A stretch of 64,000 bases of DNA from Clostridia bacterium (GTDB lineage: Bacteria > Bacillota > Clostridia > Clostridiales > Clostridiaceae): the NCBI GenBank assembly GCA_012523855.1, contig JAAYTB010000019.1, positions 2,105-66,104 on the forward strand, given 5' to 3'. Each line of letters begins with the position of its first letter. The first letter of the stretch is position 1. The position numbers and the translations under genes were made by a program. The notes beneath the pieces were generated by a model. The model was not told the origin of the DNA and ran no database searches. It saw nothing but the letters and a program-made list of their open reading frames with translations. Positions 20,212-30,835 of this stretch are shown one piece after another.

Positions 20212-20960
20212 TCTTTCACTCCTCCTAAGTCCCCCAATTCGTATTGTAATACAGCAGCTGTCACAACCCCTGCTGTCTCTGTTCTTAAAATTCTAGGTCC
20301 TAAAGTTATAATGTGAGCTCCTATATCTTCCAAAGCCTTTATCTCTTCTTCTTCAAAACCACCTTCAGGACCTATTATTACAGCTATGGTCTTAACCTCA
20401 TTTTTAAGACTAGAGCACATCTTTTTTACGCCATAGCCTTCCTTATTTTCGTAAGGCACCACAACAAGATCATAGTCCTTAATTTTTTCAAAGAGATCAG
20501 CAAAAACTACAGGTTCCTTTATTTCTGGAATTATAGTTCTTTTGCATTGCTTGCAAGCTTCTAGGGCTATTCTTTTCCATCTTTCTGTTTTCTTAAATTC
20601 ACCAAGGTCACTCTTAACTATTACTCTTTCAGTTATGATAGGTATAATTGTATTTACCCCGATTTCTGTAGCCTTCTGTACTATATAATCCATTTTTGAA
20701 GACTTAGGAAGGCCTTGATATAAGTCTATTTGTATGCTACTTTCTGCATTTTGATCTATAGACTCCAATAAGTTAACAGTGACAGAGATTTTATTAATAT
20801 CGGAAATACTGGCCAAGTACTCTTGACCTTGGGAATCATTAATAATAATCTTATCCCCCACTTCTAATCTTAGTACCTTGTATATATGTTTAACATCATC
20901 CCCTTGGATTACAGCTTTTTGACCTATAATATTATTAGGTGTTACAAAAAACTTATGCAT
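20208..20960 (-). CDS. rsmE: 16S rRNA m3U1498 methyltransferase RsmE
   Basis: HIYKVLR, QKATEIG, EACKQCKR, IGPEGGF, LGPRILRTETA; start moved to ATG 20960. Confidence 0.97.
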   Translation of the reverse strand: MHKFFVTPNNIIGQKAVIQGDDVKHIYKVLRLEVGDKIIINDSQGQEYLASISDINKISVTVNLLESIDQNAESSIQIDLYQGLPKSSKMDYIVQKATEIGVNTIIPIITERVIVKSDLGEFKKTERWKRIALEACKQCKRTIIPEIKEPVVFADLFEKIKDYDLVVVPYENKEGYGVKKMCSSLKNEVKTIAVIIGPEGGFEEEEIKALEDIGAHIITLGPRILRTETAGVVTAAVLQYELGDLGGVKE

Positions 20961-20971
20961 AACCAATCTCC

Positions 20972-21913
20972 TTATATATATTCCGCTACTATGCAAACCC
21001 ATTCCCCATCATAGATGGTTTCCTTAACAGCAAATCCTGAGCTTTTTAGCTTTTCAACTACCATACTTTCTCTTTCCTTAATTATTCCTGAGGATATAAA
21101 AATACCACCTTTTTTCAAGCAATCCTTTACCTGATCAACGAGAACAGTAATAATCTCCGCAATTATATTAGCCACTATTAAATCTCCCTTACCCTCTACA
21201 AGATCCATTAAGTTACCTTCAAGTATTTCTATGTTATTTAAATTATTCAGGGCTACATTCTCTTTAGCTGAATTCACTGCAACAGGATCTAAATCTACAC
21301 CTAATACGTGCTTTGCTCCCATTTTCGCTGCAGCAATAACTAAAATTCCAGAGCCAGTACCAATGTCGAAGACTGTTGTATCAGCCTTTACATACTTTTC
21401 TAAAGCCAAGATACACATTCTTGTAGTTTCATGGGTTCCTGTACCAAAAGCCATACCTGGATCTAACTCAATAACCATTTCATTTTCTAAAGGCTCATAG
21501 TCTTCCCAAACAGGCTTTATAGTAATATTTTCTCCTATTTTTGTGGGCTTATAATACTTTTTCCAATTGTTAGCCCAATCTTCTTCCTTCACCAATTGAC
21601 AGCTTACTGTGCCCTCTCCTACATCTATTCCCATGTCAATTAGCTCTTGAACCTTCCCTTTAACATAAGCTAACAGCGCTTCCCCACTTTCAGTCTCATT
21701 AAAGTATCCTCTAACAACGGCAGCTTTACCACCATATTCTAAAATATTTATATCTGCAAAATCCCAAGTCAGCGGCCCTTGTTCTCTGTTAAGTATATCA
21801 TTAGGATCTTCCACTGATACACCTTTCACATCCAGACCATAAAAAATACCACTGATAGGCTCAATAGCTTCACTCTTTGTAACTACCTTAACTTCGTACC
21901 ATCTGCCGGTCAT
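20972..21913 (-). CDS. prmA: Ribosomal protein L11 methyltransferase
   Basis: EEDWANNWK, DPGMAFGTGTHETT, DIGTGSGIL, ANIIAE, SGII. Confidence 0.98.
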   Translation of the reverse strand: MTGRWYEVKVVTKSEAIEPISGIFYGLDVKGVSVEDPNDILNREQGPLTWDFADINILEYGGKAAVVRGYFNETESGEALLAYVKGKVQELIDMGIDVGEGTVSCQLVKEEDWANNWKKYYKPTKIGENITIKPVWEDYEPLENEMVIELDPGMAFGTGTHETTRMCILALEKYVKADTTVFDIGTGSGILVIAAAKMGAKHVLGVDLDPVAVNSAKENVALNNLNNIEILEGNLMDLVEGKGDLIVANIIAEIITVLVDQVKDCLKKGGIFISSGIIKERESMVVEKLKSSGFAVKETIYDGEWVCIVAEYI

Positions 21914-22011
21914 TATTTCCCCTCCTAATTAATGTTTCTCATTACGATTACCATACTATCATATTTATCTAAGTTTAATCTATAAAAAATTATATTCAGC
22001 TAATTATGGGT

Positions 22012-22038
22012 AAAGTTCAGAGAAATTCTCTGAACTTT
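22012..22038. repeat. Perfect 12-bp inverted repeat between dnaJ and prmA (terminator or stabiliser hairpin)
   Basis: AAAGTTCAGAGA-AAT-TCTCTGAACTTT. Confidence 0.6.
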
Positions 22039-22057
22039 AAAACACTCACTTAAATTT

Positions 22058-23203
22058 CTATTTATCTTTACCAAATATTTTCCCCATAAAAGAACCGCCT
22101 TTTTTTGTTTCCTTCGGTTGTTGCCATTCTTCTCCACTAGCTTCCATAAAGAGCTCTAAAGCTTCCACTTGTTTCTCATTTAACTTTTTAGGAACATCTA
22201 CAATTACATTAACGTATTGATCTCCCCTAGCAGAAGAATTAACTTTTGGCACCCCCTTACCTTTTAATCTAAAAATAGTACCTGGCTGTGTTCCTTGAGG
22301 AACAGTATACTTAACATCCCCATCAACTGTAGGCACCTTTAATTCAGTTCCTAAGGCAGCTTGGGCGAAGCTAATATGTGTATCAATATAAATATCTACA
22401 CCTTTTCTTTTTAATACTGGATGAGAACCAACTTTTAATCCTATATACAAGTCTCCTGGAGGTCCTCCATTAACACCATGTTCTCCTTGCCCTCTCAATG
22501 GGATAATATTATCATTATCTACACCTGCTGGTACATTAACCTTTATCTTTCTGTGTTTTCTTTCCTTACCCTTACCCTTACACGTAGTACATGGGTCATT
22601 AATAAGTTTTCCTTTTCCTCCGCACTTGTCACAATAGGATGTGCTTACAAAGCTTCCTAGAGGAGTACTTCTCTGAACCCTTACTTGACCTGTTCCACTA
22701 CATTTATCACAGGTTACTGGGCTTGTTCCTGGTTTTGCCCCATTACCTCTACAGGTTTCACAAGTTTCATTACGGCTTATGCTAATCTCTTTTTCAGCAC
22801 CAAAAACAGCTTCTTCAAAGGTAAGCCTCATAATTACTTCTATATCATCACCTTTTTGAGGTGCATCTTTCCTTCTTCTGCTTGAAAATCCTCCACCAAA
22901 GAAACTATCGAAAATATCTCCAAATCCCATGTCTGCGAAATCAAAACCGCCAAAACCGCCAAAACCATCAAAGCCACCTTGAAAATCAGCAGTACCAAAC
23001 TGATCGTACCTAGCCTTTTTCTCTGGATCTGATAGTACTTGATAGGCCTCATTTATTTCTTTAAATTTTTCCTCAGCCTCTTTATTTCCCTTATTCTTAT
23101 CGGGATGGTATTGGACTGCCAACTTTCTAAAAGCTCTTTTAATCTCATCATCACTGGCACCCTTTGTCAACCCAAGGACTTCATAGTAATCTTTATTTGC
23201 CAT
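22058..23203 (-). CDS. dnaJ: Chaperone DnaJ
   Basis: J domain with HPD, G/F-rich region, four CxxCxGxG repeats. Confidence 0.99.
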   Translation of the reverse strand: MANKDYYEVLGLTKGASDDEIKRAFRKLAVQYHPDKNKGNKEAEEKFKEINEAYQVLSDPEKKARYDQFGTADFQGGFDGFGGFGGFDFADMGFGDIFDSFFGGGFSSRRRKDAPQKGDDIEVIMRLTFEEAVFGAEKEISISRNETCETCRGNGAKPGTSPVTCDKCSGTGQVRVQRSTPLGSFVSTSYCDKCGGKGKLINDPCTTCKGKGKERKHRKIKVNVPAGVDNDNIIPLRGQGEHGVNGGPPGDLYIGLKVGSHPVLKRKGVDIYIDTHISFAQAALGTELKVPTVDGDVKYTVPQGTQPGTIFRLKGKGVPKVNSSARGDQYVNVIVDVPKKLNEKQVEALELFMEASGEEWQQPKETKKGGSFMGKIFGKDK

Positions 23204-23261
23204 CCGAATTTCACCACCTAATACAATCTCAACCCATTTATTATATACTTAAACTCAAAAT

Positions 23262-23290
23262 AGGGAAAGGGTATTTTCTCCCTCTCCCCT
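23262..23290 (-). terminator. Hairpin between dnaK and dnaJ
   Basis: Minus strand AGGGGAGAGGG-loop-CCCTTTCCCT followed by ATTTT. Confidence 0.6.
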
Positions 23291-23310
23291 TAGTAGCCTA
23301 TTATATTGAC

Positions 23311-25164
23311 TTATTTATCATCTACCTTAAAGTCTGCATCTACAACATTATCATCTTGTGCCGCTGAGCTTCCGTCATCATTTGCAGCTCCACCCATGTT
23401 GTTTGGATCAAAGCCTTGACCTTCAGGATTGCCATCAGCGTACAACTTTGAGGATATTGCATAGAATTCTTGAGTTAATTCTTCTGTAGCCTTTTTGATA
23501 GCCTCAATGTCGTCACCATCTTTAACAGCCTTAAGAGCCTCTAACTTGCTGTCAATCTTAGCCTTATCTTCTGCAGATACCTTATCGCCAAGTTCATTTA
23601 ATGTTTTTTCTGTCTGGTAAACTATTTGATCAGCATTGTTCTTTACTTCGATAGTTTCTTTTCTCTTCTTATCTTCTTCAGCAAATCTTTCTGCTTCCTT
23701 AACAGCCTTATCAATTTCATCATCACTTAGATTTGTAGAAGCAGTTATAGTAATATTAGCTTCTTTTCCAGTTCCCTTATCCTTTGCAGAAACATTAACT
23801 ATACCGTTAGCGTCTATATCAAAGGTTACTTCAATCTGTGGTATTCCTCTAGGAGCTGGAGCTATGCCGGACAAGGTGAATCTTCCAAGAGTCTTATTGT
23901 CCGCAGCCATTTGTCTTTCACCTTGAACTACGTGAATTTCAACGGATGTCTGACCATCTGCAGCAGTTGAGAAGATCTGACTCTTTCTTGTAGGAATAGT
24001 AGTGTTTCTGTTAATTAAAGGAGTAGCAATTCCTCCCATAGTCTCAATACCAAGAGTCAATGGAGTTACATCTAGTAGAAGTATATCCTTAACATCTCCA
24101 GTTAATACACCAGCCTGAATAGCTGCACCAACAGCTACACATTCATCTGGGTTTACACCCTTTGAAGGCTCTTTTCCTGTAAAGTTCTTAACAGCTTCCT
24201 GAACAGCTGGAATTCTAGTAGAACCACCAACTAATATTATTTTTTCTATATCACTTAAGCTTAATTTGGCATCTTCTAAAGCCTTTTTCATTGGCTCTAT
24301 TGTTGCCTGTACTAAGTCATGAGTAAGCTCATTGAATTTAGCTCTTGTTAAATTCATATCTATATGCTTAGGACCAGTAGCATCTGCAGTTATGAAAGGA
24401 AGATTTATGTTAGTCTGTGTTGATGATGATAACTCAATCTTTGCCTTTTCTGCAGCCTCTTTTAATCTTTGTAGAGCCATTTTATCATTTCTTAAATCTA
24501 TACCATTATCAGCCTTGAAGGTATCTGCTATATGGTCCATAATTCTCTGGTCAAAGTCGTCTCCTCCAAGCTTTGTGTTACCATTAGTAGCCTTAACTTC
24601 GAATACTCCATCACCTAATTCAAGGATAGAAACGTCGAAAGTTCCTCCACCAAGGTCGTAAACGAATATTTTTTGATTAGTTTCTGTTTTATCTAAACCA
24701 TAAGCAAGAGCTGCCGCTGTAGGCTCATTTATTATTCTTAATACTTCTAAGCCTGCAATTTTACCAGCGTCTTTTGTAGCCTGTCTTTGGCTATCGTTAA
24801 AGTATGCTGGAACTGTTATAACTGCTTGAGTTACTGGTTCTCCTAAATAAGCTTCTGCGTCTGACTTAATCTTTTGAAGAACCATAGCAGAAATTTCTTG
24901 AGGAGTATATTCCTTATCGTCAATCTTTTCCTTATGATCAGTTCCCATATATCTCTTAATTGATATTATAGTTTTATCAGGATTTGTTATAGCCTGTCTT
25001 TTAGCTACTTGCCCAACTAATCTTTCACCACTAGCCTGGAAAGAAACTACTGAAGGTGTAGTTCTAGAACCTTCTGCACTAGATATAACTACTGGCTCTC
25101 CACCTTCCATAACAGCTACACATGAATTTGTAGTTCCTAAATCAATTCCTATTACTTTTCCCAT
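23311..25164 (-). CDS. dnaK: Chaperone DnaK
   Basis: [42 protein letters not shown]. Confidence 0.99.
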   Translation of the reverse strand: MGKVIGIDLGTTNSCVAVMEGGEPVVISSAEGSRTTPSVVSFQASGERLVGQVAKRQAITNPDKTIISIKRYMGTDHKEKIDDKEYTPQEISAMVLQKIKSDAEAYLGEPVTQAVITVPAYFNDSQRQATKDAGKIAGLEVLRIINEPTAAALAYGLDKTETNQKIFVYDLGGGTFDVSILELGDGVFEVKATNGNTKLGGDDFDQRIMDHIADTFKADNGIDLRNDKMALQRLKEAAEKAKIELSSSTQTNINLPFITADATGPKHIDMNLTRAKFNELTHDLVQATIEPMKKALEDAKLSLSDIEKIILVGGSTRIPAVQEAVKNFTGKEPSKGVNPDECVAVGAAIQAGVLTGDVKDILLLDVTPLTLGIETMGGIATPLINRNTTIPTRKSQIFSTAADGQTSVEIHVVQGERQMAADNKTLGRFTLSGIAPAPRGIPQIEVTFDIDANGIVNVSAKDKGTGKEANITITASTNLSDDEIDKAVKEAERFAEEDKKRKETIEVKNNADQIVYQTEKTLNELGDKVSAEDKAKIDSKLEALKAVKDGDDIEAIKKATEELTQEFYAISSKLYADGNPEGQGFDPNNMGGAANDDGSSAAQDDNVVDADFKVDDK

Positions 25165-25249
25165 TTATTTATCCTCCTTAAACTTTACCAAAATTCAAAT
25201 TTAAAAACTTATTTTAGCTCTTTTTTTGTCAGACTATAATTTCTGACTC

Positions 25250-25912
25250 CTAATTGGCTACCTTAACCATACTATACCTAATTACTTTGTCTCCTCTTTT
25301 ATAACCTTTTTGGAAAACTTCAGTAATTACATTCTTGCCGTAATTTTCATCCTCTACATGCATCATGGCATCATGTAAATTAGGGTCAAACTCACCATCT
25401 GTAGGTATTTCTGTTACCCCTAACTTCTCCAAAGAATCCTTAAACTGCCTTAAGGTCATCTCTACACCTTTCTTCATATCTTCAAGACTACCATCAGCGG
25501 CAAGGGCTCTTTCTAAATTATCTGCTACAGGCAATATATTTTTTAAAACATCAATACATGCATCTGTATAGATTCCTTCCTTTTCCTTAGCAGTACGCTT
25601 TCTAAAGTTATCATATTCAGCTGTAGTTCTTAGCAGTCTTTCCTTTAGAGCTTCTAGCTCATTGCTAGTTCTTGTTAGCTCATCTTTAAGTTTTAAATTT
25701 TCTTCCTTTAGTTCCTTGAAACCCTGATCTTGATCTGAATTTATATCTTCTTCCTTTAAGCCTTCAAATTCTTTATCTTCACTTACTTCCGCCTCAGTAA
25801 TAGTTTCACTATCCATGTCCTTATTCTTAGCAGTGTCTTCGGCAGTTAAGTCTTCCTCTTCTCTTTCTCCTTTGTTTATATTATCCCCTTCCCATTTGCC
25901 TTTATTAGTCAT
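25250..25912 (-). CDS. grpE: Nucleotide exchange factor GrpE
   Basis: RTTAEYDNFRKR, FDPNLHDA, QKGYKRGDKVIRYSMVKVAN. Confidence 0.98.
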   Translation of the reverse strand: MTNKGKWEGDNINKGEREEEDLTAEDTAKNKDMDSETITEAEVSEDKEFEGLKEEDINSDQDQGFKELKEENLKLKDELTRTSNELEALKERLLRTTAEYDNFRKRTAKEKEGIYTDACIDVLKNILPVADNLERALAADGSLEDMKKGVEMTLRQFKDSLEKLGVTEIPTDGEFDPNLHDAMMHVEDENYGKNVITEVFQKGYKRGDKVIRYSMVKVAN

Positions 25913-25950
25913 AGTGCACCTCCATTATTACTACACATATGTAGCATACT

Positions 25951-26979
25951 TCACCATTCATCATAATTATTTAAACTTTCATTTAAAAGTTCTATAACTT
26001 TATTTAATAAAGAAATCGCCTTTGAATAATGCATTCGAGTAGGCCCAATAATTCCAATAGTTCCTAGAGGTTTGCCCTCCTTACCATAGGCCCTGGAAAC
26101 TATACTATATTCCTTAGCCTCAGGAATATAGTTCTCCTCTCCAATACTCACTTTTGTTTCTATAGAGTCTGAAAGTATTTTGTTAACAGCCTCTTTATTA
26201 TCTATAAAGGTTATGAATTCTTTAGCCCTATTTATATCGTTATATTCAGAATATTTTAGTATGTTTGTTTCTCCTTCTGTTATTACATCAGAACTATCTT
26301 CATTTAAACAATCATAAAGGGGTGGAATAATAGCATTAAATATTTCTTCATAGCCTTTAAGATCATTTTTCATATTATTAATAACTTCAAGATTTATGTC
26401 TTCTATAGTAAGATTTCTTAATCTAGCATTAAGCAAATTGTTTAATCTGATTAGTATGTCTGTACTAATACTATTTTGAACCCTTATCATACTATTCTTA
26501 ATTATTCCACTATCAGTAACAATAACTAATAACATGTTATGATTATCAATACTAATTAACTGGATCGCCCTTAGGTAACTTTTTTTAACCGATGGGGTTT
26601 TCACAACACAAGTTAGTTGTGTCAATCTTGATAAGACTATACTTGCTTGCCTAATTACCTTTTCCACTTCGAATAAAGCAGCATTAAGAAGCATGTTCTT
26701 TATAAATAAGTCTTCCTCTAATGTAAGTTTATGAGTTTTCATCAATTTATCTACAAAAAGTCTATAACCTTTATCAGAAGGCTTTCTCCCTGAAGAAGTG
26801 TAAAGTTGTTCAATGTACCCCATATCCTCCAAATCAGCCATTTCATTTCTTATAGTGGCTGAACTCACTCCCAAATCATATTTGCGAGCAATGGTTCTAG
26901 AACCTACTGGTTCTCCGGTATTAATATAGTCACTGATAATAGCTTGCAGTATTTTTAATTTCCTATCATCAATTTCCAT
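25951..26979 (-). CDS. hrcA: Heat-inducible transcription repressor HrcA
   Basis: EPVGSRTIA, SSATIRNEMADLE, SSGRKPSDKGYR, IIGPTRMHY; CIRCE directly upstream. Confidence 0.98.
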   Translation of the reverse strand: MEIDDRKLKILQAIISDYINTGEPVGSRTIARKYDLGVSSATIRNEMADLEDMGYIEQLYTSSGRKPSDKGYRLFVDKLMKTHKLTLEEDLFIKNMLLNAALFEVEKVIRQASIVLSRLTQLTCVVKTPSVKKSYLRAIQLISIDNHNMLLVIVTDSGIIKNSMIRVQNSISTDILIRLNNLLNARLRNLTIEDINLEVINNMKNDLKGYEEIFNAIIPPLYDCLNEDSSDVITEGETNILKYSEYNDINRAKEFITFIDNKEAVNKILSDSIETKVSIGEENYIPEAKEYSIVSRAYGKEGKPLGTIGIIGPTRMHYSKAISLLNKVIELLNESLNNYDEW

Positions 26980-26994
26980 ATACTCACCTCTTTG

Positions 26995-27021
26995 TTAGCA
27001 CTCAATCTTGATGAGTGCTAA
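26995..27021. promoter_or_regulatory. CIRCE element (HrcA operator)
   Basis: Perfect TTAGCACTC-N9-GAGTGCTAA. Confidence 0.98.
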
Positions 27022-27034
27022 TCACTACGTTTTA

Positions 27035-27063
27035 AAAATACCATTATCATTTTTCTTTGTCAA
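27035..27063 (-). promoter_or_regulatory. SigA promoter of the hrcA-dnaK operon
   Basis: TTGACA-N17-TATTTT with TG extension, just upstream of CIRCE. Confidence 0.75.
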
Positions 27064-27170
27064 CTATATATAGAAATTTTATATTGATGTTTATTTTAAA
27101 TATAGTGACTTACAAAATAAAACCTTCCATAATCTCAATTTTTCTTCAAATTGTTAAGTTTTGTAGTAAA

Positions 27171-28313
27171 TTATAGAACTTCACAACTATTATCTAATAT
27201 AAATTCACACATTATACTGTTAGATATCCCCAGAGCCTCGGCCTTTATTGAAAGACGGCCATCCCTCCACTTTAAAAGATTTAACTTGATAAATTTATTT
27301 AATACATCCTCATATAAATCCCATAAAGATAGGCCAAATCTTTTATAAAACTCATCCTCAGACACACCTTCTACCATTCTGAGACCCATGAACATAAATT
27401 CTTCTATTTCATCCTTGAGACTATTTTTATGGCTTTCTACTACTGAACTTCCAGTTTCCTTTACTGCCTGAATATATTTTTTAATATTTTCCTGGTTTCT
27501 ATACCTTCTTCCCTCCACATATCCATGGGCTCCAAGGCCACAAGCTATATATTCCTCTGCCTTCCAATACTTTATATTGTGCTTACATTGGAAAGTTTCC
27601 TTTGAAAAATTTGATATTTCGTACTGACTATAACCCTTTTCATTAAGGAGTTTTACAGCCTCTTCGTACATTTCCCTTTCCAAGTCTTCATCTGGCAGTT
27701 TAAGCTCTCCTTTTTCATATAGTTTACCAAAAGGTGTGTTTCCCTCAACTATTAAACTGTAACAGGAAATATGCTCTGGATTAAGCTTTGCTAGCTCCTC
27801 TATAGTTTCCTTTAAATCCTCTAACCCTTGACCAGGCAGTCCAAACATAATATCTACATTAATATTTTCAAAACCCTCCGCCCTAACCATATTGAAGGAG
27901 TCTATAAATTCCTGTCTTGTATGAATTCTACCTATGCTTTTTAATAGACTATCTTGCCAAGCTTGAAGGCCGATACTTATTCTATTAACGCCGGTTTTTT
28001 TAAATAATTTAAGCTTGTCAATATCAATAGTACCTGGATTACATTCCACAGTGAATTCTGCCCTGTCATCAATATTTAATTCCTTTAAAGACTTGCTAAT
28101 TAACTCCCATGCATCTAAACACAAATAGGTGGGAGTTCCCCCACCTATAAAAACAGTTTCTATCCTTCTGCCTTTTCCAGATAAAAGTATTTCTTTCTTC
28201 AGTGCATGGGCGTATTCTATCATCATCTTTTCCTTACCACTGTAAGAACAAAAATCACAATACATACATTTACTCTTGCAAAAAGGTATGTGTATATATA
28301 AGCCTACACCCAT
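27171..28313 (-). CDS. hemW: Radical SAM heme chaperone HemW (HemN-like)
   Basis: LYIHIPFCKSKCMYCDF, GGGTPT, YEISNF, HNIKYW; lepA-hemN-hrcA synteny. Confidence 0.93.
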   Translation of the reverse strand: MGVGLYIHIPFCKSKCMYCDFCSYSGKEKMMIEYAHALKKEILLSGKGRRIETVFIGGGTPTYLCLDAWELISKSLKELNIDDRAEFTVECNPGTIDIDKLKLFKKTGVNRISIGLQAWQDSLLKSIGRIHTRQEFIDSFNMVRAEGFENINVDIMFGLPGQGLEDLKETIEELAKLNPEHISCYSLIVEGNTPFGKLYEKGELKLPDEDLEREMYEEAVKLLNEKGYSQYEISNFSKETFQCKHNIKYWKAEEYIACGLGAHGYVEGRRYRNQENIKKYIQAVKETGSSVVESHKNSLKDEIEEFMFMGLRMVEGVSEDEFYKRFGLSLWDLYEDVLNKFIKLNLLKWRDGRLSIKAEALGISNSIMCEFILDNSCEVL

Positions 28314-28325
28314 TAGTTTAGCCTC

Positions 28326-30128
28326 CTATTCTACTTTTAAAACAGCCATGAAAGCTTCTTGAGGCACTTCTACAGAACCAACCTGCCTCATTCTCTTCTT
28401 TCCTTCCTTCTGCTTTTCTAGTAGCTTTTTCTTTCTGGAAATATCTCCTCCATAACACTTAGCTAATACGTCCTTTCTCATAGCTTTAACAGTTTCTCTA
28501 GCTATGATCTTAGAACCAACAGCTGCCTGAATAGGAATTTCGAACATCTGTCTTGGAATTATTTCCTTTAACTTTTCTGCAATATTTCTGCCCTTGTTAT
28601 AGGCTCTTTCTTCTGGCACAATCATGGATAGGGCATCAACAACATCGCCATTTAGTAAGATATCTAGCTTAACAAGCTTTGTTTCCTTGTATCCTTTAAA
28701 CTCATAATCTAAGGAAGCAAAACCTCTAGTTCTAGATTTTAATGTATCAAAGAAATCGTAAATAATTTCGTTAAGAGGCATATCATAGTTTACCACTGCT
28801 CTAGTTTCCTCTACGTAGTTCATGTCAATATATGTTCCTCTTCTATTCTGACACAGTTCCATTACAGCTCCTACATAATCTGAAGGGGTAATAATAGAAG
28901 CTTTAACCATTGGCTCTTCCATATGGCTTATTTCTGAAGGTTCTGGTAGATTTGTAGGGTTAGTTATGTCAATAACTTCTCCATCAGTTTTAGTTACTTT
29001 GTAAATAACAGAAGGAGCAGTAGTTATAATATCAATATCGTACTCTCTCTCTATTCTTTCCTGAATTATTTCCATATGAAGAAGACCTAAAAATCCACAG
29101 CGGAAACCAAAGCCTAGGGCCAGGGACGTTTCTGGTTCAAAGTGGAGGGCAGCGTCATTTAACTGCAGTTTTTCAAGAGCCTCTCTCAACTCTACATAGT
29201 CTGCTCCATCTACAGGATAGATACCACTGAATACCATGGGAACTGCAGGCCTGTATCCTGGCAAGGCTTCCTTGGCTGGATTAGAAAACTCAGTAATGGT
29301 GTCTCCTACCCTTGCATCTCGAACATTTTTTATAGAAGCTATTATGTAGCCAACATCTCCAGCCCTTAGTTCTTGCATAGGTACAAATCCCGGTGCAAAA
29401 ACACCTAGCTCTGTAACTTCATAAGACTTATCAGAAGCCATAAGCTTGATTTTAGTTCCGGCCTTAACACTACCTTCTTTAATTGCCACATAGCAAACTA
29501 CTCCCTTATAGCTATCGTAGTAGGAGTCGAAAATCAAAGCTTTCAATGGAGCATTTTCATCTCCTTCTGGTGGTGGCAATTTCTCTACTACCCTTTCCAA
29601 AACTTCTTCAATATTTAAGCCAGATTTTGCTGAAATCATAGGGGCATCTTCCGCTTCTAAGCCTATGATATCTTCGATTTCTTGTTTTATCTCCTCAGGT
29701 CTAGCACTAGGTAAATCAATTTTATTTATTACTGGTATTATTTCCAAATCATGATCTAAAGCCAAATAACAATTAGCTAAAGTCTGAGCCTGAATACCCT
29801 GTGTGGCATCCACTACTAATATTGCTCCTTCACAGGCAGCAAGGCTTCTTGAAACCTCGTAGTTAAAGTCTACATGTCCTGGTGTATCTATTAGATTTAA
29901 TATGTATTCTTGACCATCTTTACCCTGATATACTAGTCTGGCAGCCTGGGCCTTTATAGTTATTCCTCTCTCTTTTTCCAGATCCATATTATCTAGTACT
30001 CTATTTTCCATTTCCCTTTGAGTAAGAGTTTTAGTACTCTCTAACAGTCTATCTGCTAGAGTTGATTTCCCATGATCTATATGTGCTATAATACAAAAGT
30101 TTCTTATACGTTTCTGTCTATCGCTCAT
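28326..30128 (-). CDS. lepA: Translation elongation factor 4 (LepA)
   Basis: [57 protein letters not shown]. Confidence 0.99.
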   Translation of the reverse strand: MSDRQKRIRNFCIIAHIDHGKSTLADRLLESTKTLTQREMENRVLDNMDLEKERGITIKAQAARLVYQGKDGQEYILNLIDTPGHVDFNYEVSRSLAACEGAILVVDATQGIQAQTLANCYLALDHDLEIIPVINKIDLPSARPEEIKQEIEDIIGLEAEDAPMISAKSGLNIEEVLERVVEKLPPPEGDENAPLKALIFDSYYDSYKGVVCYVAIKEGSVKAGTKIKLMASDKSYEVTELGVFAPGFVPMQELRAGDVGYIIASIKNVRDARVGDTITEFSNPAKEALPGYRPAVPMVFSGIYPVDGADYVELREALEKLQLNDAALHFEPETSLALGFGFRCGFLGLLHMEIIQERIEREYDIDIITTAPSVIYKVTKTDGEVIDITNPTNLPEPSEISHMEEPMVKASIITPSDYVGAVMELCQNRRGTYIDMNYVEETRAVVNYDMPLNEIIYDFFDTLKSRTRGFASLDYEFKGYKETKLVKLDILLNGDVVDALSMIVPEERAYNKGRNIAEKLKEIIPRQMFEIPIQAAVGSKIIARETVKAMRKDVLAKCYGGDISRKKKLLEKQKEGKKRMRQVGSVEVPQEAFMAVLKVE

Positions 30129-30288
30129 AATATTATATTTCCTAAAAGATTTCTTTTAGGAAACCTTCACCCCCATTACTAAATAGCATTTGTATTCACA
30201 TAACTATTTATAATCTAAAAGTTATTTTAAGCAATTTAGTCTATATAGTATTGTTCTATAAAAACTATTCTTGCCTAAACCAAGTTAA

Positions 30289-30319
30289 ATTATATCATAG
30301 ACACCTCGGTTGCTGTCAA
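30289..30319 (-). promoter_or_regulatory. Candidate SigA extended -10 promoter upstream of lepA
   Basis: TGaTATAAT (-10 at 30289-30294) with TTGACA 19 nt upstream (non-optimal spacing). Confidence 0.4.
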
Positions 30320-30388
30320 CAATAAGTGTGTTTCCTGCAGAATTTATGGGTTTTTTACTGTTTATGGGAGCAAACCTTAGGAATTTAT

Positions 30389-30685
30389 TTATTTCCTTGA
30401 AAAAATACTTTCATTTATATAAAGAACTTTATTACCTATGGAAAATCGAAGATCAAAGGGTTCAGCAGTATAATACATTCTCAATTGTACTCCCCTTTTA
30501 TTATCGATTGTAACTTCCGCATAGGCATCTGCCTTATGTCCACTATCTGTGTAAACATTCTTATATGTTTCTTCATCGTAAGCTTTTCCATTTATCCTGT
30601 TCAGTTCTACATTTACCTTTACTGTTCCTATTATTATAATTATTAAGCTTAACCATAAAACTATAGTATATTTTCGCCCTATCAA
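30389..30685 (-). CDS. Small single-pass membrane protein downstream of spoIIP
   Basis: TTG start with GGGG SD, one N-terminal TM; sits where B. subtilis has yqxA. Confidence 0.7.
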   Translation of the reverse strand: MIGRKYTIVLWLSLIIIIIGTVKVNVELNRINGKAYDEETYKNVYTDSGHKADAYAEVTIDNKRGVQLRMYYTAEPFDLRFSIGNKVLYINESIFSRK

Positions 30686-30835
30686 AATTAAAGAACACCC
30701 CCTAGTATATTAACTACCTATAAGGATGCTCTTATTTCTTAGATTTTATTCAGTTGTAAATACTCACTTTCATACTAAATTTACATATAGTAGATAGAAA
30801 CAAGATCTTTCAATCAAAGATCTATATCAATGAGA

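Noticed and set aside
30310-30513. 67-aa plus-strand ORF, with an imperfect ~80-nt hairpin and TTTATGGG direct repeat (30304-30385) suggesting an sRNA or riboswitch
   Set aside because: The ORF overlaps the 98-aa gene antisense and lacks an SD; the fold is weak, lacks c-di-GMP-I, SRP or 6S signatures, and overlaps the likely lepA promoter.
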